Assembly: GCF_006345805.1 (NCBI RefSeq)
Contig: NC_043014.1
Location: 9,300,001-9,364,000 of the forward strand
Direction of reading: 5' to 3'
Source of the DNA: Octopus sinensis
Taxonomy: Eukaryota
Length of the DNA stretch: 64,000 bases
Part shown: positions 12,441 to 24,608 of the stretch, piece by piece
Numbering within the stretch: the stretch's first letter is position 1
How the letters are laid out: every line of letters begins with the position of its first letter
Program-made: the position numbers and the translations under genes
The notes under the pieces: model-generated
Database searches by the model: none
Told to the model about the DNA's origin: nothing
What the model saw: only the letters and a program-made list of their open reading frames with translations

Positions 12441-12605
12441 TTCTCTCACTCTTCCTGCTTGACTCTCTCATTGCTCACACGTGACCAACGGCCAACCAAC
12501 TTTCTTCTACTTCCTTCCTAAAAACAAGGCGTGCTTATCCCTGTCTTTTCTCAAATATCGTTTTTCCAGCTTTCACCACTTCACATCGTCTTGGCTTAAC
12601 AGCCC

Positions 12606-12785
12606 TCACCGATTGTTTTTACTGGTCATCAACTTTGCATAATAACTGCTTATTGTCTCTGGACGTAGTGCTGCAAGCTTACATTTCCATGCCCGCCACC
12701 ATCTCTGAACCAAAACGATGGAATTCCACACTTCATAGCGTGCTGCTATCTTAGCTCGCTCCTGAAGAGGCAAGCGACAGGGCAT
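12606..12785 (-). pseudogene. N-terminal HTH fragment of a Tc1/mariner-superfamily transposase (DUF4817-like, rosa/DD41D type)
   Basis: My translation MPCRLPLQERAKIAARYEVWNSIVLVQRWWRA...PETISSYYAKLMT* resembles the DUF4817 pattern; recognised from memory, not searched. Confidence 0.55.
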
Positions 12786-12979
12786 CTGGAAAATTCACAA
12801 ACATACTCTGCGATCTTCATTTGAAAATAGCATTTTAACATCTATTTCTATTATATTCACTACATTAGCTTCTGTGCTTTCCTTACTTTAAAGGTCCCGC
12901 TCCGTTTAAAAGTAAACTATCGTGAGCAAGAAAAAATGTTAATGAAGAAGTATTATTGCAGTTATCAATAGTATTAATT

Positions 12980-13105
12980 AGGTAAGTTTTCTGAGTTCTG
13001 CTGGTTTCGTGTCTCCCTGAACATCCGACACTATCGATATACTTTCGGCCATCTTGGAAAGGTCTCAGCCACTGATACATTTGTGTGCCCTCATACACCA
13101 CTAAC
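12980..13105 (-). pseudogene. Mariner transposase HTH fragment
   Basis: MYQWLRPFQDGRKYIDSVGCSGRHETSRT resembles mariner V.EW.KRF..GRE.V.D..RSGRPSTS. Confidence 0.6.
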
Positions 13106-13358
13106 CATACACTTTCTACAACTATCTGTAGGCCTCTGAGCAGGTATCACCATAACAACATTCTCTGTCATGATCAATGCGACGATCACATGCTACACAC
13201 CTTCCTTTCCAGCATTGCCGTAAACAGCAGAAGTGCGTTTGGAAGTTAAAACTTAGTGCGGATGCGCAACAGAGTTTGATGGCAATCTGTGCCAAATGGC
13301 TTTATTCTGAGTACTCATTCTTCGTTACTATAGCAACAGTCCGGACACTTATTGATCA

Positions 13359-13361
<3 letters not shown>

Positions 13362-13425
<64 letters not shown>

Positions 13426-13431
13426 ACACGA

Positions 13432-13483
<52 letters not shown>

Positions 13484-13530
13484 TATATAATATATATATA
13501 CATATATATATATATATACATATATATATA
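13362..13530. repeat. (CA)n/(TA)n microsatellite
   Basis: Direct reading. Confidence 0.95.
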
Positions 13531-14094
13531 CCGATACCCACGCCCCCTCAAGTTCAGCTTGTTATGAATGCAGAACTTTGGCCCGTTGTGAAATATTTAT
13601 AATAATTATTTTTTCAGATGATTACATTAGAATACATTAAAAACAAACATTTGCATAACGAATAAATAATTGGCGTCTACGACCATATTTAACGAAACGA
13701 GCCGAAAATAATTTCTAATCAGGCGAAATTTAAACCGTAATGAGAAGAAAATTGAATAGTGTTAGTATAAATTTATTTGTACGATAGCCAAGAGAAAGAA
13801 GTTCCATGGCTCGAGTTTTAACCTCTGAGAGACAAACGGCCGGAGGCATTGTTGTAGGCTGTATATAAGTGACGTAAAGATTTGATTAGATTCGCATTAG
13901 TAAAGTGCATCAAGTCAACCGCGAAGGGAGCGCGATTAATTATCGTCATTAATACCGTAATAAAGGAGATATTTATAAGAGAATTAAGGAAATTGAGCAC
14001 AACGCGCGTGATGGTAGCAAAAGAAGAAAAAGTACTATAACAGTACACTTCTGAAAGCAGACAATGGTGTTGAGCTAGCAGAATCATATCTTAG

Positions 14095-15050
14095 TTCTTT
14101 ATTGTCCACAAGGGGCTAAATATAGAGGGGACAAACAAGGACAGACAAAGGGATTTAGTCGATTACATCGACCCCAGTGCGTAACTGGTATTTAATTTAT
14201 CGACCCCGAAAGGATGAAAGGCAAAGTCGACCTCGACAGAATTTGAACTCGGAACGTAGCGGCAGACGAAATACCTGTTTCTTTACTACCCACAAGGGGC
14301 TAAACACAGAGAGGACAAACAAGGACAGAAAAACTGATTAAGTCGATTATATCGACTCCAGTGCATAACTGGTACTTATTTAATCAATCCTGAATAGATG
14401 AAATGCAAAGTCGACCTCGGCGGAATTTGAACTCAGAACATAACGGCAGACGAAATGCCTATTTCTTTACTACCTACAAGGGGCTAAACACAGAGATGAC
14501 AAACAAGGACGGAAAAACGTATTAAGTCGATTACATCGACCCTTGTGCGTAACTGGTACTTATTTAATCGATTCCGAAAGCATGAAAGCAAAGTCGACTT
14601 CGGCGGAATTTGAACTCAGAACGTAACAGCAGACGAAATACCTATTTCTTTACTACCCACAAGGGGCTAAACACAGAGAAGACAAACAAGGACAAAGGGA
14701 TTAAGTCGATTACATCGACCCCATTGCGTAACTGTTATTTATTTATCGACCCCGAAAGGATGAAAGGCAAAGTCGACCTCGGAGGAATTGGAACTCAGAA
14801 CATAACGGCAGACGAAATACCTATTTCTTTACTACCCACAAGGGGCTAAACACATAGGACAAACAAGGACAGACAAACGGATTAAGTCGATTATATCGAC
14901 CCCAGTGCGTAACTGGTGCATATTTAATCGACAGCGAAAGGATAAAAGGCAAAGTCGACCTCGGCGGAATTTGAACTCGGAACGTAACGGCTGATGAAAT
15001 ACGGCTACGCATTTCGCCCGGCGTGCTAACATTTCTGCCAGCTCGCCGCC
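14095..15050 (-). mobile_element. SINE family B tandem array: one head plus five ~180-184-bp body units
   Basis: Landmark CC(A/T)CAAGGGG-type motif at 14106, 14290, 14474, 14657, 14836; head only at 15001-15050. Confidence 0.92.
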
Positions 15051-15299
15051 TTAAATCATTTCTACCCTGGCAAACGGTGAGATGACTGAATTGTATGCAC
15101 GCCGGTAAAAATGTTTACCATCATTTCATTCGGCTTTGCAAGCTATGTTCAAATTTCGAGGCGGATTTACTGTTCACTCCTCTGTGTTCATGAAATAAGC
15201 ACCAATCGGGTACCGATATAGACGTAATCGACTTAAACTTAGATAAAACTTAGATATGTTTCGACCAGAGATTGGTCCAGGCCATGTCTAACTTAATAG

Positions 15300-15720
15300 C
15301 ACCACCTGATAGGATTATTCGAATCCTGTTTAAGTCAAGTTTTGTTCAAGTAGTGAGTTCCTGTTGGGTGAGTTGTATCCAGTTTTGTTCAAGTAGTGAG
15401 TTCTTGTTGGGTGAGTTGTATCCAATTATGGGTGGCTTATCTGGTATTCTTTGAAGGAATCTATCCAGACTATGTTTAAAGTTGATGGGATCCTTTTCCT
15501 CTTTGATCTCCCTCGGGACAATGTTTAATAGGACAGGGCCTGTTGAGGAAAAGAAATTATGTTGCAGTGTACATGTATGTTGTGATCTTGAATTTGGCAG
15601 GGGACGTATAGCCCGTGGTCCAAGTCTTGGATGAACCTTGAAGTTCCTTTTTCCCTATTTCGTGTGCTGTTCTCATAATAGAACAATAGAACTGATTGCC
15701 CTTCAAACTGCGAGCCGTCA
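15300..15720 (-). mobile_element. 3' end of a CR1/L2-like LINE ORF2, with a 43-bp tandem duplication
   Basis: Minus strand HNFFSSTGPVLLNIVPREIKEEKDPINFKHSLDRFLQRIPDKPPIIGYNSPNKNSLLE; 15338-15380 repeated at 15381-15423. Confidence 0.75.
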
Positions 15721-15744
15721 GATCAGTTGCCATGTAACACAAAA

Positions 15745-15890
15745 TGCATAGCTTTGCAATCTGCGCTTAAATTTTGCCGAGGCAGATTTGATTTTCATCC
15801 GTTCGCGATCGATAAAATAAGGACCCATCGGTAAAATAAGTACCAGTATCCCTACACTCCAAAATTTCACGTCTTGTGCCCTAGCAGAAT
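15745..15890 (-). mobile_element. SINE family B fragment with alternative (beta) tail
   Basis: AAATTTTGCCGAGGCAG...CCTAGCAG similar to the tail of 39172-39385. Confidence 0.6.
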
Positions 15891-16294
15891 GAATACATGA
15901 AGCAGAGCTAAATAATTTAAAATGGTATAGCCAAGCATTTTCTTGGCAGATACACATATTGATAGTTCTAAATATCGACTGACAAACACTAGGTTCAGAG
16001 GTTTATTTAACTAAGCGACATATTGGCTAAGTTATTTTAGTAGAAGCTCTTGTTTATCGAGCGTAAGAAGAACTTAATAGAATAAAATTGCACAGAAGTC
16101 TGTCACACGTATTATACACGAATGCAATCACAGGTATACACACATGCGTGTGCACGTCCACACATAAACACACATACACAGGTATAGAATATATTGACAT
16201 ATATGTATGATTAAAATAATTTCATACGCAACGGTAGGTCAGTATCCTCTAGACTTTCTCGATAGAAATTATATTATAGTAATTTAGTCGGAAA

Positions 16295-16404
16295 TATCGT
16301 GTGTATATATATATATATACATATATATATACATATATATATTATATATATATATATTATATATAATATACATATATATATCATATATATATACATATAT
16401 ATAC

Positions 16405-16441
<37 letters not shown>

Positions 16442-16573
16442 CATATATATACATATATATACATATATATACATATATCTATATATATATATATATACAT
16501 ATATATATGTAATATATATATATATATATATATGCATATATATATACACACATATATATATATATATTTATGT

Positions 16574-16629
<56 letters not shown>

Positions 16630-16663
16630 TATATATATACACACACATATATATATATATATT

Positions 16664-16698
<35 letters not shown>

Positions 16699-16700
16699 AA
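16295..16700. repeat. (TA)n/(TACA)n microsatellite
   Basis: Direct reading. Confidence 0.95.
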
Positions 16701-16858
16701 TATTAGGGAATATATCCAAATTTACAGGGAAAAAAAAAAATCAGATTTAGGATTAAATCCAATTTTATAGTAAAATATTATAAAATATTATTTGAGACAA
16801 AACCAATATTTTGCAAAACAAACAAGGAAAGACTTAATCAATAATAATAATAATAATA

Positions 16859-16900
<42 letters not shown>

Positions 16901-17175
16901 TTAATATAATGATCAAAACGATATCTTATAAATTAAAAATGTTTTCTTAGTCTGGGTCAAGAAGGTGTCCGCCTCATCAATTTCATCTCCTTTAGTTCAC
17001 ATATGTGACAGGTCAATGGACACAGTCACATACACACCTGCAGATATACACGAACACACGCATATACAGAGACGTGGATGCACACAAGCACTCTTACATG
17101 CTTAAAAAGAAAACATCTACAGTCTGGCAATGTTCATGTATAGAGTTTCATCTAAAGTGTAATAGTGTTGTAGAA

Positions 17176-17177
<2 letters not shown>

Positions 17178-17251
<74 letters not shown>

Positions 17252-17465
17252 GGGGACAGAGAGGGAGAGAGAGAGGGAGAGAGGGAGAGAGAGGGGGAGA
17301 GAGGGAGGGAGGGAGAGAGAGAGGGAAATAGGGAGAGAGAGAGAGGGAGAGAGAGAGAGGGAGAGAGAGGGAGAGAGGAGAGAGAGGGAGAGAGGGAGAG
17401 AGAGAGTGAGAGAGAGGAAGAGAGAGAGAGCGAGAGAGAGAGAGAGAGAGAGAGAAAGAGACAGA
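17178..17465. repeat. (GA)n/(GGGA)n polypurine tract
   Basis: Direct reading. Confidence 0.95.
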
Positions 17466-17469
17466 CAGA

Positions 17470-17600
17470 CAGACAGAGAGAAAACGAAATGGAAACGAAG
17501 AGGAGGAACATTTTGAAGAATTCGTTAAATTTTGAAGATAACTTTTGACGTGCAACATCAAGAACATTGATGGACCTAATTAATGTCATAAAAGATTAAA
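17470..17600 (+). repeat. Left copy of a ~130-bp direct repeat flanking mariner A1 (partner 18917-19046)
   Basis: About 5 differences by eye between the copies. Confidence 0.9.
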
Positions 17601-17608
17601 TATATATA

Positions 17609-18879
17609 CGAGGGACGTTCAATATGTAATGCCCCTGATCCACTTGCAGCTGTTTGATCTAGCTGAAATTTTGCATGTGCACTTATTTATACCTCTATAG
17701 ATAAAGTGGCGAATTACAGCTCTGGACTAATTGTGGTTTCTGATTTACAGGTGTTTGAACTGAGTCAAGTGTGATATGGAGCCTGTTGAGTGTCGAGCAG
17801 TGATCTGGTTTTTGTATTTGAAAGGACGCACACCACGGGAGACTTTTGATGAAATGAAAGTAACTTATGGTGATGATGCTCCATTATATGACCTTGTAAA
17901 ACGCTGGCATTGTGAATTCAAACATAGTCGGAACTCTGTGGAAACAGCTCCCAGGTCTGGTCGCCCCTTTTCTGCCGTTGATGAGACGTCTGTCCGTCAA
18001 GTTGAGGCTGCCATTTTGGAAGGTCAACGCATAACTATTCGCCAAATAGCCAATAAGGTCAAGATTAGTACCGGGTCTGTGGAAACTATCATTCATGACC
18101 ATTTGCATATGCAAAAGGTGTCTGCCAGATGGATTTCCAGGTTGCTCACACCTTTCCAGAAGCAAGAATGCGTTGAGTGCTCGAGGGTGAATTTGAAGAT
18201 GTGCCAAGAAGATGAGTCAAATTTTTTCAAAAGACTGATCACACAGGATAAAATCTGGGTCCATCACTATGATCCATAGACCAAAGCCCAGTCAATGCAG
18301 TGAAAGCACCGTGACTCACCTCCTCCAAAGAAGGCAAGGGTGCAGCCCTCCGCTGACAAGGTTATGCTCACAGTCTTCTGGGACCAGGACGGAGTAGTGA
18401 TGACAGATTTCCTGGCAAAGGGTACCACAATTGCAGGAGCCTATTATGCTTCACTTTTGAGGAAATTAAGAGAAGCTATCAAAATCAAGAGGCGGGGCAA
18501 GATCAGCAAAGGCATCCTCCTCCTGCAGGACAACGCTCCGGTTCACAACTCACGTGTCGCCAGATCAGAAGCACAGACGTGCAGCTATGAACTCCTCCCT
18601 TTGCACCCTCTGATTTTCACCTCTTCCCAGCCATGAAGTTGATTTTGAAAGGAAAGCGTTTACCAGATGATGCAGCCTTGATTTCTGAAGTCACGTAGTG
18701 GTTGGAGGACCAAGCTGGGGTCTTCTACAAAAACGGTCTCCAGAGCTGTATCAAACGATGGGAGAAATGCATAACTCTGGGTAGTTTTTATGTAGGAAAA
18801 GACTAATAACTGTGCCAAGTCTCGTTGCTCTACTGCTATGGGAAGTGGGTCAGGGGCATTACTTATTGAACGCCCCTCG
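17609..18879 (+). mobile_element. Mariner (DD34D) element A1, full length, transposase pseudogene
   Basis: TA-flanked 37-bp TIRs CGAGGG(A/G)CGTTCAATA...; MEPVECRAVI..., WVHHYDP, MLTVFWD, LLQDNAPVH; in-frame stops and a deletion removing HPPYSPDL. Confidence 0.96.
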
Positions 18880-18916
18880 TATATACACCCATACACAATA
18901 TTTCATTGTATACATA

Positions 18917-19046
18917 CAGACAGAGAGAAAACGAAATGGAATCGAAGAGGAGGAACATTTTGAAGAATTCGTTAATTTTGAAGATAACTTTGGACGTGGA
19001 ACATCAAGAACATTGATGGACCTAATTTATGTCATAAAAGATTAAA
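18917..19046 (+). repeat. Right copy of the ~130-bp direct repeat flanking mariner A1
   Basis: Matches 17470-17600. Confidence 0.9.
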
Positions 19047-19129
19047 ATAAGAAGGTAAGGGCCCTCGCGATGTGCTTTTGAACAAAACTATTTAATTCCC
19101 AGCGCGTTCAGTGGTGGTAATACAATGCC

Positions 19130-19542
19130 GGCGAGCTGGCAGAAACGTTAGCACGCCGGGCGAAATGCTTAGGGGTATTTCGTCTGCGTTACGTTGTGAT
19201 TTCAAATTCCGCCGAGGTCGACTTTGCCTTTCATCCTTTCGGGGTCGATAAATTAAGTACCAGTTACGCACTGGGGTCGATGTAATCGACTTAATACCTA
19301 TGTCGGTCCTTGTTTGTCCCCTCTGTGTTTAGCCCCTTGTGGGTAATAAAGAAATAGGTATTTCGTCTGCTGCTACGTTCTGAGTTCAATTCCGCCGAGG
19401 TCGACTTTGCCTTTCATCCTTTCGGGGGTCGATAAATTAAGTACCAGTTACGCACTGGGGTCGATGTAATCGACTTAATACCTATGTCTGTCCTTGTTTG
19501 TTCCCTCTGTGTTTAGCCCCTTGTGGGTAGTAAAGAAATAGG
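19130..19542 (+). mobile_element. SINE family B dimer (one head, two 183-bp units)
   Basis: Units start 19176 and 19359; flanking duplication GGTAATACAATGCCGGCG at 19116-19133 and 19541-19558. Confidence 0.93.
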
Positions 19543-19771
19543 TAATACAATGCCGGCGCTTGCTCGAATTTGAAACCCTATAACCAGGATCGAGAAAATT
19601 CTTACATCAATATTACATTACGGAGTGGAGGGGTGCTAAACAATGATAAACGAAATTGCAATTTTATTGTCCGTCTGAATATGCATGATGCACTTCAGAA
19701 CTGGAAAACTAGTTACTCAATGCGCTTTGTCATGGAGAATATAACTCGCTTGCTGACAAATGCTGTGTATA

Positions 19772-20187
19772 GGCGCAGGAGTGGCTGTGTGGTAAGTAGC
19801 TTGCTAACCAACCACATGGTTCCGGGTTCAGTCCTACTGCGTGGCATCTTGGGCAAGTGTCTTCTGCCATAGCCCCGGGCCGACCAATGCCTTGTGAGTG
19901 GATTTGGTAGACGGAAACTGAAAGAAGCCTGTCATATATATGTATATGTATATATATGTGTGTTTTTTGTGTCTGTGTTTGTCCCCCTAGCATTGCTTGA
20001 CAACCGATGCTGGTGTGTTTACGTCCCCGTCACTTAGCGGTTCGGCAAAAAGGGACCGATAGAATAAGTACTGGGCTTACAAAGAATAAGTCCCGGGGTC
20101 GATTTGCTCGACTAAAGGCGGTGCTCCAGCATGGCCGCAGTCAAATGACTGAAACAAGTAAAAGGGTAAAAGAGAGTAAAAGAGAGT
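19772..20187 (+). mobile_element. SINE family A, full length
   Basis: GGCGCAGGAGTGGCTGTGTGGTAAG head through GTAAAAGA-like tail. Confidence 0.93.
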
Positions 20188-20419
20188 ATACACTTAGATC
20201 AGCTCGCAGCGCCATCTACCAGTGAGATGCTAGCATCTCCTTGTCGCTCACAGACACTAGGGGTATGACACTATGAGCTGAACTAAGAGATTGCTTCTCT
20301 TATGCATTTGCAGTCACCATATGATATATTCTCCGTGACAAAGCGCAATGAATAACTTGTTACCCAGTTCGAACGTGCATCGAGCATATTCGGTAAAGTT
20401 GCAATTTATATTACAATGC

Positions 20420-21150
20420 TGAGAGCTGGCAGAATTGTTAACGCGCCGGGCAAAATGCTTAGCGACATTCCTTCCGCCGCTACGTTCTGAGTTCAAATTC
20501 TGCCTGGATCGACTTTGCCTTTCATCCTTTCGGGGTCGATTAAATAATTACCAGTCACGCACTGGGGTCGATATGTTCGACTTAATCCGTTTGTCTGTCC
20601 TTGTTTGTCTTCTCTGTGTTTAGCCCCTTGTTGGTTAGTAAAGAAATAGATATTCATTCCGCCGTTACGTTCTGATATCAAATTCCGCCGAGGTCGACTT
20701 TACCTTTCATCCTTTCGGGATCGATAAATTAAGTAACAGTCATGCACAAGGGTCGATATAATTGACTTAATCCGTTTGTCTGTCCTTGTTTGTCTTCTCT
20801 GGGTTTAGCCCCTTGTGGGTTGTAACGAAATAGGTATTCCTTCCGCCGAGGTCAACTTTGCCTTTCATGCTTTCGGGGTCGATTAAATAATTACCAGTCA
20901 CGCACTGGGGTCGATATAATCGACTTAATCCGTTTGTCTGTCCTTGTTTGTCTTCTCTGTGCTTAGCCCTTGTGGATAGTAATGGAATAGGTATTCCTTC
21001 CGCCGTTACGTTCTGAGTTCAAATTCCGCTGAGGTCGACTGAGTATTTCATCCAATCGAGATCGATAAAATAAGTATCAGTCTATCACTGGCGAAAATAT
21101 AATGGACTTACCCACATTCTCAAAATTGCTCCCTTTTGCCAAATTTGAAA
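20420..21150 (+). mobile_element. SINE family B array, ~4 units, subfamily variant
   Basis: Junction variant ATTCCTTCCGCCG; unit 3 internally deleted between TTCCGCCG repeats; last unit has beta tail. Confidence 0.88.
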
Positions 21151-21604
21151 CCAACCAATTACACAATACTAATTTTTTTTTCCAATTTCAAAACAGCTTC
21201 GACGATTATCAGTCATGAAGCTTTGAGAGACAAATTTCTACAGACCTAACCTAACGGTCTGAAAATATTCCGAACCAACATATCTGGTTTCGAAGGAAAT
21301 TCAATATGAAAAATATTCAGACCTGAGACTGGCAGATATGTCATGTGTAACTTTGGTGATAACTCAACACCAACGCTTAAATTCTTGTGCTACAGAAAAG
21401 GACGCAACAACAATCACCCACAATAATGCTGTTATCTACACTGGGCTCAGCATCAAGACTACTGCTAAATTATAGATGGAAAAATTGTTCTTTTTCTGTA
21501 TCAGTATTAATACACTTAAGATTCAGATGTATTTGTCAGTGTCCGTTTCCTTCCTCAACTAATCAAACTATGATTAATCTATGTGCGTATATTACGTATA
21601 TATG

Positions 21605-21807
21605 CATGCATTTATGTATGTATGTATGTATGTATGTATGTATGTATGTATGTATGTATGTATGTATGTATGAATGTATGTGTGTATGTATATATGTTTG
21701 TGTGTATGCTTGTGTATATGTATTTGTCTGTCTCACTGTATCTCTGTCTATGTATGTGTGTAAGTATGTATGTATGTATGTGTCTATTTATCTACCTACC
21801 TACTTAC

Positions 21808-21880
<73 letters not shown>
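21605..21880. repeat. (ATGT)n to (ATCT)n microsatellite
   Basis: Direct reading. Confidence 0.95.
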
Positions 21881-21889
21881 CATACCATG

Positions 21890-22835
21890 TGAGATTGTTT
21901 GGAAAATCAGTATTGATCTGCGCCTTGCATTGCTGCATTCCGAACTAAGCGTACACTTTATGAATGTAACACGGGCGTAATTAACAGTACCTAAAACAAC
22001 TTGATACCCTTAAAGCAACAAACTATTCAGTAACTCTCATATATTTCAATAACAAATAACGTTGGTAGACATGGCACCGGTAAAACATCAATAGATAGAT
22101 ATAATAGTAATCTATATATATAAAACTGTAGTTGTGTGAGTGTCTGTCCTCTTCGATTTAGATTCCTAACTACTCCCACATTTTGCGGTGCAGTTTAACC
22201 AAAACCGGGTATCTTATAGTCGTGATCCATATCGAGCCCTTCTGGGTATTAGCGCGCGTCTACGATGAGTCTACGATTTTAAAAATAATTTACCATCATT
22301 TTTTTCCCATTTTCATGCATATTTTTTTAAAGGGAAGTAACTCTCTAAAAATGTCTACGATCAGTCAACGATTTAAAAAAAAATTTACCATGATATTTTT
22401 TCCATTTTTAATGCAATTTTTTTGCTATTTTTTGGCTATAACTCTCTAAAAATGCTGTATAGTTATTTCCCTTTACAAACCCGAGCAGCGCCGGGCGATA
22501 CTGCTAGTATTTTCTGAAATGAAAATGAGTTTTCAGTCAAGGCCAAAATATCTTATAAACTTCATCTTGTTCTGTTATGTGATACATAACAGCTAACTCC
22601 CACATCGTTGGTGAGAATACACGGATAACACGAGCAGTGTTATGCGTAACTTCGGGGCTGCAGATGAACAGAATTAAACTGACTTTGATAGGGTAGAGTG
22701 ATCGACGTGGTTTAAAATACTGTTCAGAAAATTTGGCAAGATAATATGTCCGTGTAACATTCACAAACTGTATACTCACTTCGGAATGCAGTAATGCAAA
22801 GCGCAGATAAATGCTGATCTTCCAAAACCATCTCA
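21890..22835. repeat. Diverged inverted repeat pair (21890-21974 / 22750-22835)
   Basis: About 14 differences over ~86 bp by eye. Confidence 0.8.
22111..22507 (+). mobile_element. Non-autonomous Helitron family H1
   Basis: A|TC 5' end, 3' hairpin CCCG-AGCAGCGC-CGGG then CTAG|T, no TSD. Confidence 0.9.
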
Positions 22836-23179
22836 GATTCTATGGAATGTCAATTTATCTAAGTTTGCATGATAGACAGTCGACCATTATACGATAAGAG
22901 AATCCGGATTTGCAGCATAGATCGGCTTTCACCTGTTGGGTTTATGGCGAGCGTTTAGTCATGGATGTGACAGTTCTGCTTCTTACGTTCCGAATTCGTA
23001 ATGGCTGACAAAATATTAAACCACACACACACATATGCACACATATACTATATAGAGACACAGACACATGCGCACAAACACGCACAAGCGCACACGCATT
23101 GTATATTGCATGTAATATATATTTATACAATATATTTATATAATGTATTCTATTATATTAATGTATATTAAAGGGAGGT

Positions 23180-23182
23180 GTG

Positions 23183-23239
<57 letters not shown>

Positions 23240-23377
23240 GTCTGTCTCTTCTGTCTATCTATCTATCTATCTATCTGTCTGTCTATCTATCTATCTATCT
23301 ATCTATCTTCTATCTATCTATCTATCTATTCTATCTATCTATCTATCTGTCTGTCTATCTATCTATCTATCTATCTA

Positions 23378-23430
<53 letters not shown>

Positions 23431-23446
23431 GTCTGTCTGTCTGTCG

Positions 23447-23477
<31 letters not shown>

Positions 23478-23558
23478 GTCTGTCTGTCTGTCTGTGTCTG
23501 TCTGTCTATCTATCTATCATCTATCTATCTATCTATCTATCTGTCTGTCTGTCTGCTG

Positions 23559-23601
<43 letters not shown>

Positions 23602-24305
23602 GTCTGTCTATCTGTCTGTCTGTCTGTCTGTCTATCTGTCAGTCTGTCTGTCTGTCTGTATGTATGTATTATGCATGCATGCATGTATGCATGTATGTAT
23701 GTATGTTTGCATGTTTGCATGTATGTATGTATGTATGTATGTATGTATGTATGTATGTATGTATGTATGTATTATACATGCATGTATGTATGTATGTATG
23801 TATGTATGTATGCATGCATGTATGTATGTATGTATGTATGTATATATGTATTATACATGTATGCATGCATGTATGTATGCATGTATGTATGTATGTGTAT
23901 ATGTATTATACATGCATGTATGTATGTATGCATGTATGTATGTATGCATGTATGTATGCATGTATGTATGTATGTATGTATGTATGTATGTATGTATGTA
24001 TGCATGCATGCATGCATGCATGTATGTATGTATGTATTATGCATGTATGTATGTATGTATGTATGTATGTATGTATGTGTGTGTGTATGTGTATATGTAT
24101 TATACATGTATGTATATATGTATGCATGTATGTATGTATGCATGTATGTGGCATGTATGTGTATATGTATTATACTGTATGTATATGTATGCATGTATGT
24201 ATGTATGCATGTATGTTGCTGCATGCATGTTGTATGTATGTATGTATGCATGTATGTATGTATGTAGTATGTATGTCTTAATGTATGTATGTATGTATGT
24301 AGGTA
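23180..24305. repeat. (ATCT)/(GTCT) grading into (ATGT)/(ATGC) microsatellite
   Basis: Direct reading. Confidence 0.96.
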
Positions 24306-24439
24306 TGTCTGACAAAGGAATTCAAAGTTTCGAATTTTTAACGAATCTGGATGAGAGGTGAGGTAGTTTCAAAATCTTTAGACATCTCATTTAATTAACT
24401 AAGCGAAAATAGAATCAATTTCCCTATTAAAGCTTTGAA

Positions 24440-24607
24440 GACGTCTCGTTTTTTCTTTGCTTGTTTCACTCTTTGTTTCTTTCCGTGTTACTTTCTGTTG
24501 AAGAGCGTAGACTCGAAATGTAAAATACTTTTTCAATTCCCGAGCGTTTGTTGTCTAAACCACCTGCACTCGTCTTTTGTTCTTTTTTTCGTGAATTCTC
24601 CCTGTAT
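24440..24607 (+). mobile_element. Putative PLE-type terminal repeat (copy a) with decayed hammerhead-like motif at 24491-24526
   Basis: Direct repeat of 25945-26108; CTGTTGA-A-GAGCGTAGACTC-GAAA-TG-TA. Confidence 0.55.
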
Positions 24608-24608
24608 A

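Noticed and set aside
13850-13885. TATA plus TGACGT promoter-like motif
   Set aside because: No supported downstream gene; such motifs are expected by chance in AT-rich DNA
14095-15050. CRISPR-like array or hammerhead retrozyme interpretation of the SINE B tandem
   Set aside because: No unique spacers (whole unit repeats), eukaryotic context, and the unit consensus has CAGACGAAA rather than a CUGANGA core; the single CTGATGA at 14991 is a private variant
17776-18636. Functional mariner transposase
   Set aside because: In-frame stops and loss of HPPYSPDL; all four large mariners are disrupted
21387-21980. 197-aa ORF with a non-repetitive N-terminus
   Set aside because: No recognisable domain; runs into microsatellite
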